A stretch of DNA of 62,186 nt, counting the filler, from Rhabdomonas costata (taxonomy: Eukaryota): assembly GCA_019059605.1 (NCBI GenBank). It is 32 parts of 32 records of this genome, joined end to end, with 100 filler letters (N's around TTAATTAATTAA, not from the genome) between each part and the next. Parts side by side here need not be neighbours in the genome. Positions count along the whole stretch, not along the records: positions 60,342 to 62,186 come from JAHMHO010008286.1; 31 more parts are not named here. One strand, 5' to 3'. A program made the position numbers and the translations under genes. Shown here piece by piece: positions 60,567 to 62,186 of the stretch (within the stretch, counting starts at the first letter, position 1; each line of letters begins with the position of its first letter). Under the pieces are notes generated by a model. That model ran no database searches and was not told the origin of the DNA. It worked only from the letters and a program-made list of their open reading frames with translations.

Positions 60567-62186
60567 GAGGCATGGCGACGTTGGTTGGGACGGCTCCAAA
60601 CCTGATGCTGAGTTACATTCTCTCAGTGAATTTTCCTGAGGCCCCTCCCCTCTCCTTCTTTGACTGGTTCCGGTTTGGGCTGCCCTTTTCGCTGGTCTTC
60701 TTCTTCGCCACCTACGGCCTGCTGTTGTCAAGGTGCTGGAAATATTTTTTCGGGGGGGCGTATCGGTTTGTAGCTTTTGAATTTTCCAGTATTTTTCAAA
60801 ATCGATGCTAGATGGCATCCCCGCACAAACGAGGTGCCAATCGTTCTGGTGGGCAACGGCAAGTTTTCAGGAACACAACCGTTGAATGGTTATCAGAGCT
60901 GCCACGAAGTTTCATGGCAGGACTCGGAAATCAAAACCTGCTTCTTTGCCCTTGCAGAGCCTCTCCGGAGTGGAAGCGGATTTCTTGCTCGGACTGTCCG
61001 CGGAAGTGAACATCTGTTGAAAAAGACGTGCCGTCGGGTGTGGTGAGAGGAAAATTCTGCCATTGGACCATTAGTCTCTGATGTACTCCACACGCGCTGG
61101 TCCGGTCTGCTGCTTCCTGCCGCCCTCACTGTCTAGAGCACGTCACGGTTCCCCCATGGACATCCTTCGCCAGAGCCTCCGCCGGAGCCGTCTGGCTCCT
61201 GCTGGGGCCTCGCGTCCCCGCATTGACAGCCAAGCCCCCTCTACTGAGCCAGCGGTTTCCCCTCCCGAGTGTGCTGGAGTGGCCTCGGGGCCGTGCCTAC
61301 CTGCAGAGGGGGTGCCAGAAGCTTTGGGTGAAGGGGTGACCCGTTGCTCCACTGCGGGGCTGAATCGGAGCCTGCGGCAGCAGTACACGGAGCTGGGACC
61401 GATGTCCCGAGAGGAACGCGTGGTGCTGGGCGCTCTGGTCACTTTGGCCGTGCTGTGGGTGAGCCGCGTGGGTCTGGGTGTGCCTGCGTGTCTGCTCGAG
61501 ACCTCTGAGAGACTGCGAAGTCTTCACTCGATTCCGTGTCCCAAATCCGTGCTTTCAAATCTGTGTTTCCTTTATGCCGGACGTCCTTATCTCCAACTCC
61601 ACCCAGAATCGAGGACGTAAGCCCAACGCTTTGATCAGTATCTCTGCAAACTGTGCTTCTTCTTTGGCTGCTGCGCAGGTCCCATCCCCGGGTGGTCCCA
61701 GGCGCTGCCCTCGGACTTGCGCGTTTCCGTGGATGACGCCACCGTTGCCATAGCGGTCGTGATGCCGTTGTTCTTCTGGCCACGCTCCCGCACTCACCCG
61801 AAGCCGAGCCCCGCCCCAGCCCAATCAGACACCACCAACACCTTGGCTGGGACATTTTCTGGCCCCGCATCTGCCGCGCTCACCGCACCCGTAATGGCCG
61901 ACTTGCCCACCACTCCTTCCCCGCCAGTTCAGCCCGAGGAGCCATGCGATGAGGACGACGGCGGAGAGACTGGCCAGGACGCCCCCGTGGGCCCTGAGGG
62001 GCCCCCAGTGCCGGCCACGATGGTGGTGCCGTTGCTGCGATCCCGACACTCATTCAACTCTCCGGAGGATGCAGTGGCCGAGGCTCCCGAGCCCATGGCT
62101 CCGGAACCAGCACCTCCGGAAGTCGAGCCTTTGGAGGAATTTCACTCGCAAACTGCTTCCCAGCGGACGGGCCTGGTGTGCACCTT
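60567..62186 (+). CDS. SLC13/DASS family di/tricarboxylate or sulfate transporter, three internal exons
   Basis: Exons 60567-60732, 61137-61477, 61679-end: GGMATLVGTAPNL...FPEAPPLSFFDWFRFGLP; LRQQYTELGPMSREERVV...LWVSR; IPGWS...DDATVAIAVVMPLFFWP, all typical SLC13 motifs. Confidence 0.92.

Noticed and set aside
2425-61679. Euglenid non-conventional (non GT-AG) introns
   Set aside because: I looked for them; every intron I could place from protein motifs is GT-AG. They could still exist in regions without recognisable exons.
139-62049. Most ORFs in the supplied six-frame track
   Set aside because: They are antisense or frame shadows of GC-rich exons, intron read-through or low-complexity sequence, many with non-ATG starts that do not apply to a eukaryote.

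Overview
This window is not a contiguous locus. It is 32 short contigs of near-identical length (1844-1848 bp) joined by an artificial 100-bp spacer (N44-TTAATTAATTAA-N44), so gene order across spacers means nothing. The DNA is from an intron-rich eukaryote with GC-rich exons and GT-AG introns. A euglenozoan, probably a euglenid, is my best inference from the GTGYG-dominated donors, TTAGGG repeats, kinetoplastid-like CPSF3, a DEWMYQL-type cyclase tail and outron-like acceptors before start codons. Contig ends carry a whole-genome-amplification signature: G/T-only 5' ends, A/C-only 3' ends and terminal fold-backs. Recognisable gene fragments, rebuilt exon by exon: DEAH helicase, WD40 protein, DUF229-like protein, possible NOG1, ankyrin protein, GST, MOB1, Leu/Phe-tRNA-protein transferase-like protein, histidine kinase, Cav/Nav-type channel, SAM methyltransferase, papain-family protease, CPSF3, GWT1/PIG-W, divergent LepA/GUF1, class III cyclase, SIM+RING protein and SLC13 transporter. 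The most interesting observations are: (1) an RIIa/Dpy-30-like docking domain fused to an LDH-like Rossmann fold, apparently interleaved antisense with GWT1; (2) an intron-containing bacterial-type aminoacyl-tRNA-protein transferase; (3) a 13-nt micro-exon in a channel pore loop; (4) near-absence of +4A at splice donors; (5) a shared intronic repeat. No CRISPR array, rRNA, tRNA or complete novel multi-gene system can be supported. All family calls come from motif recognition, not database searches.
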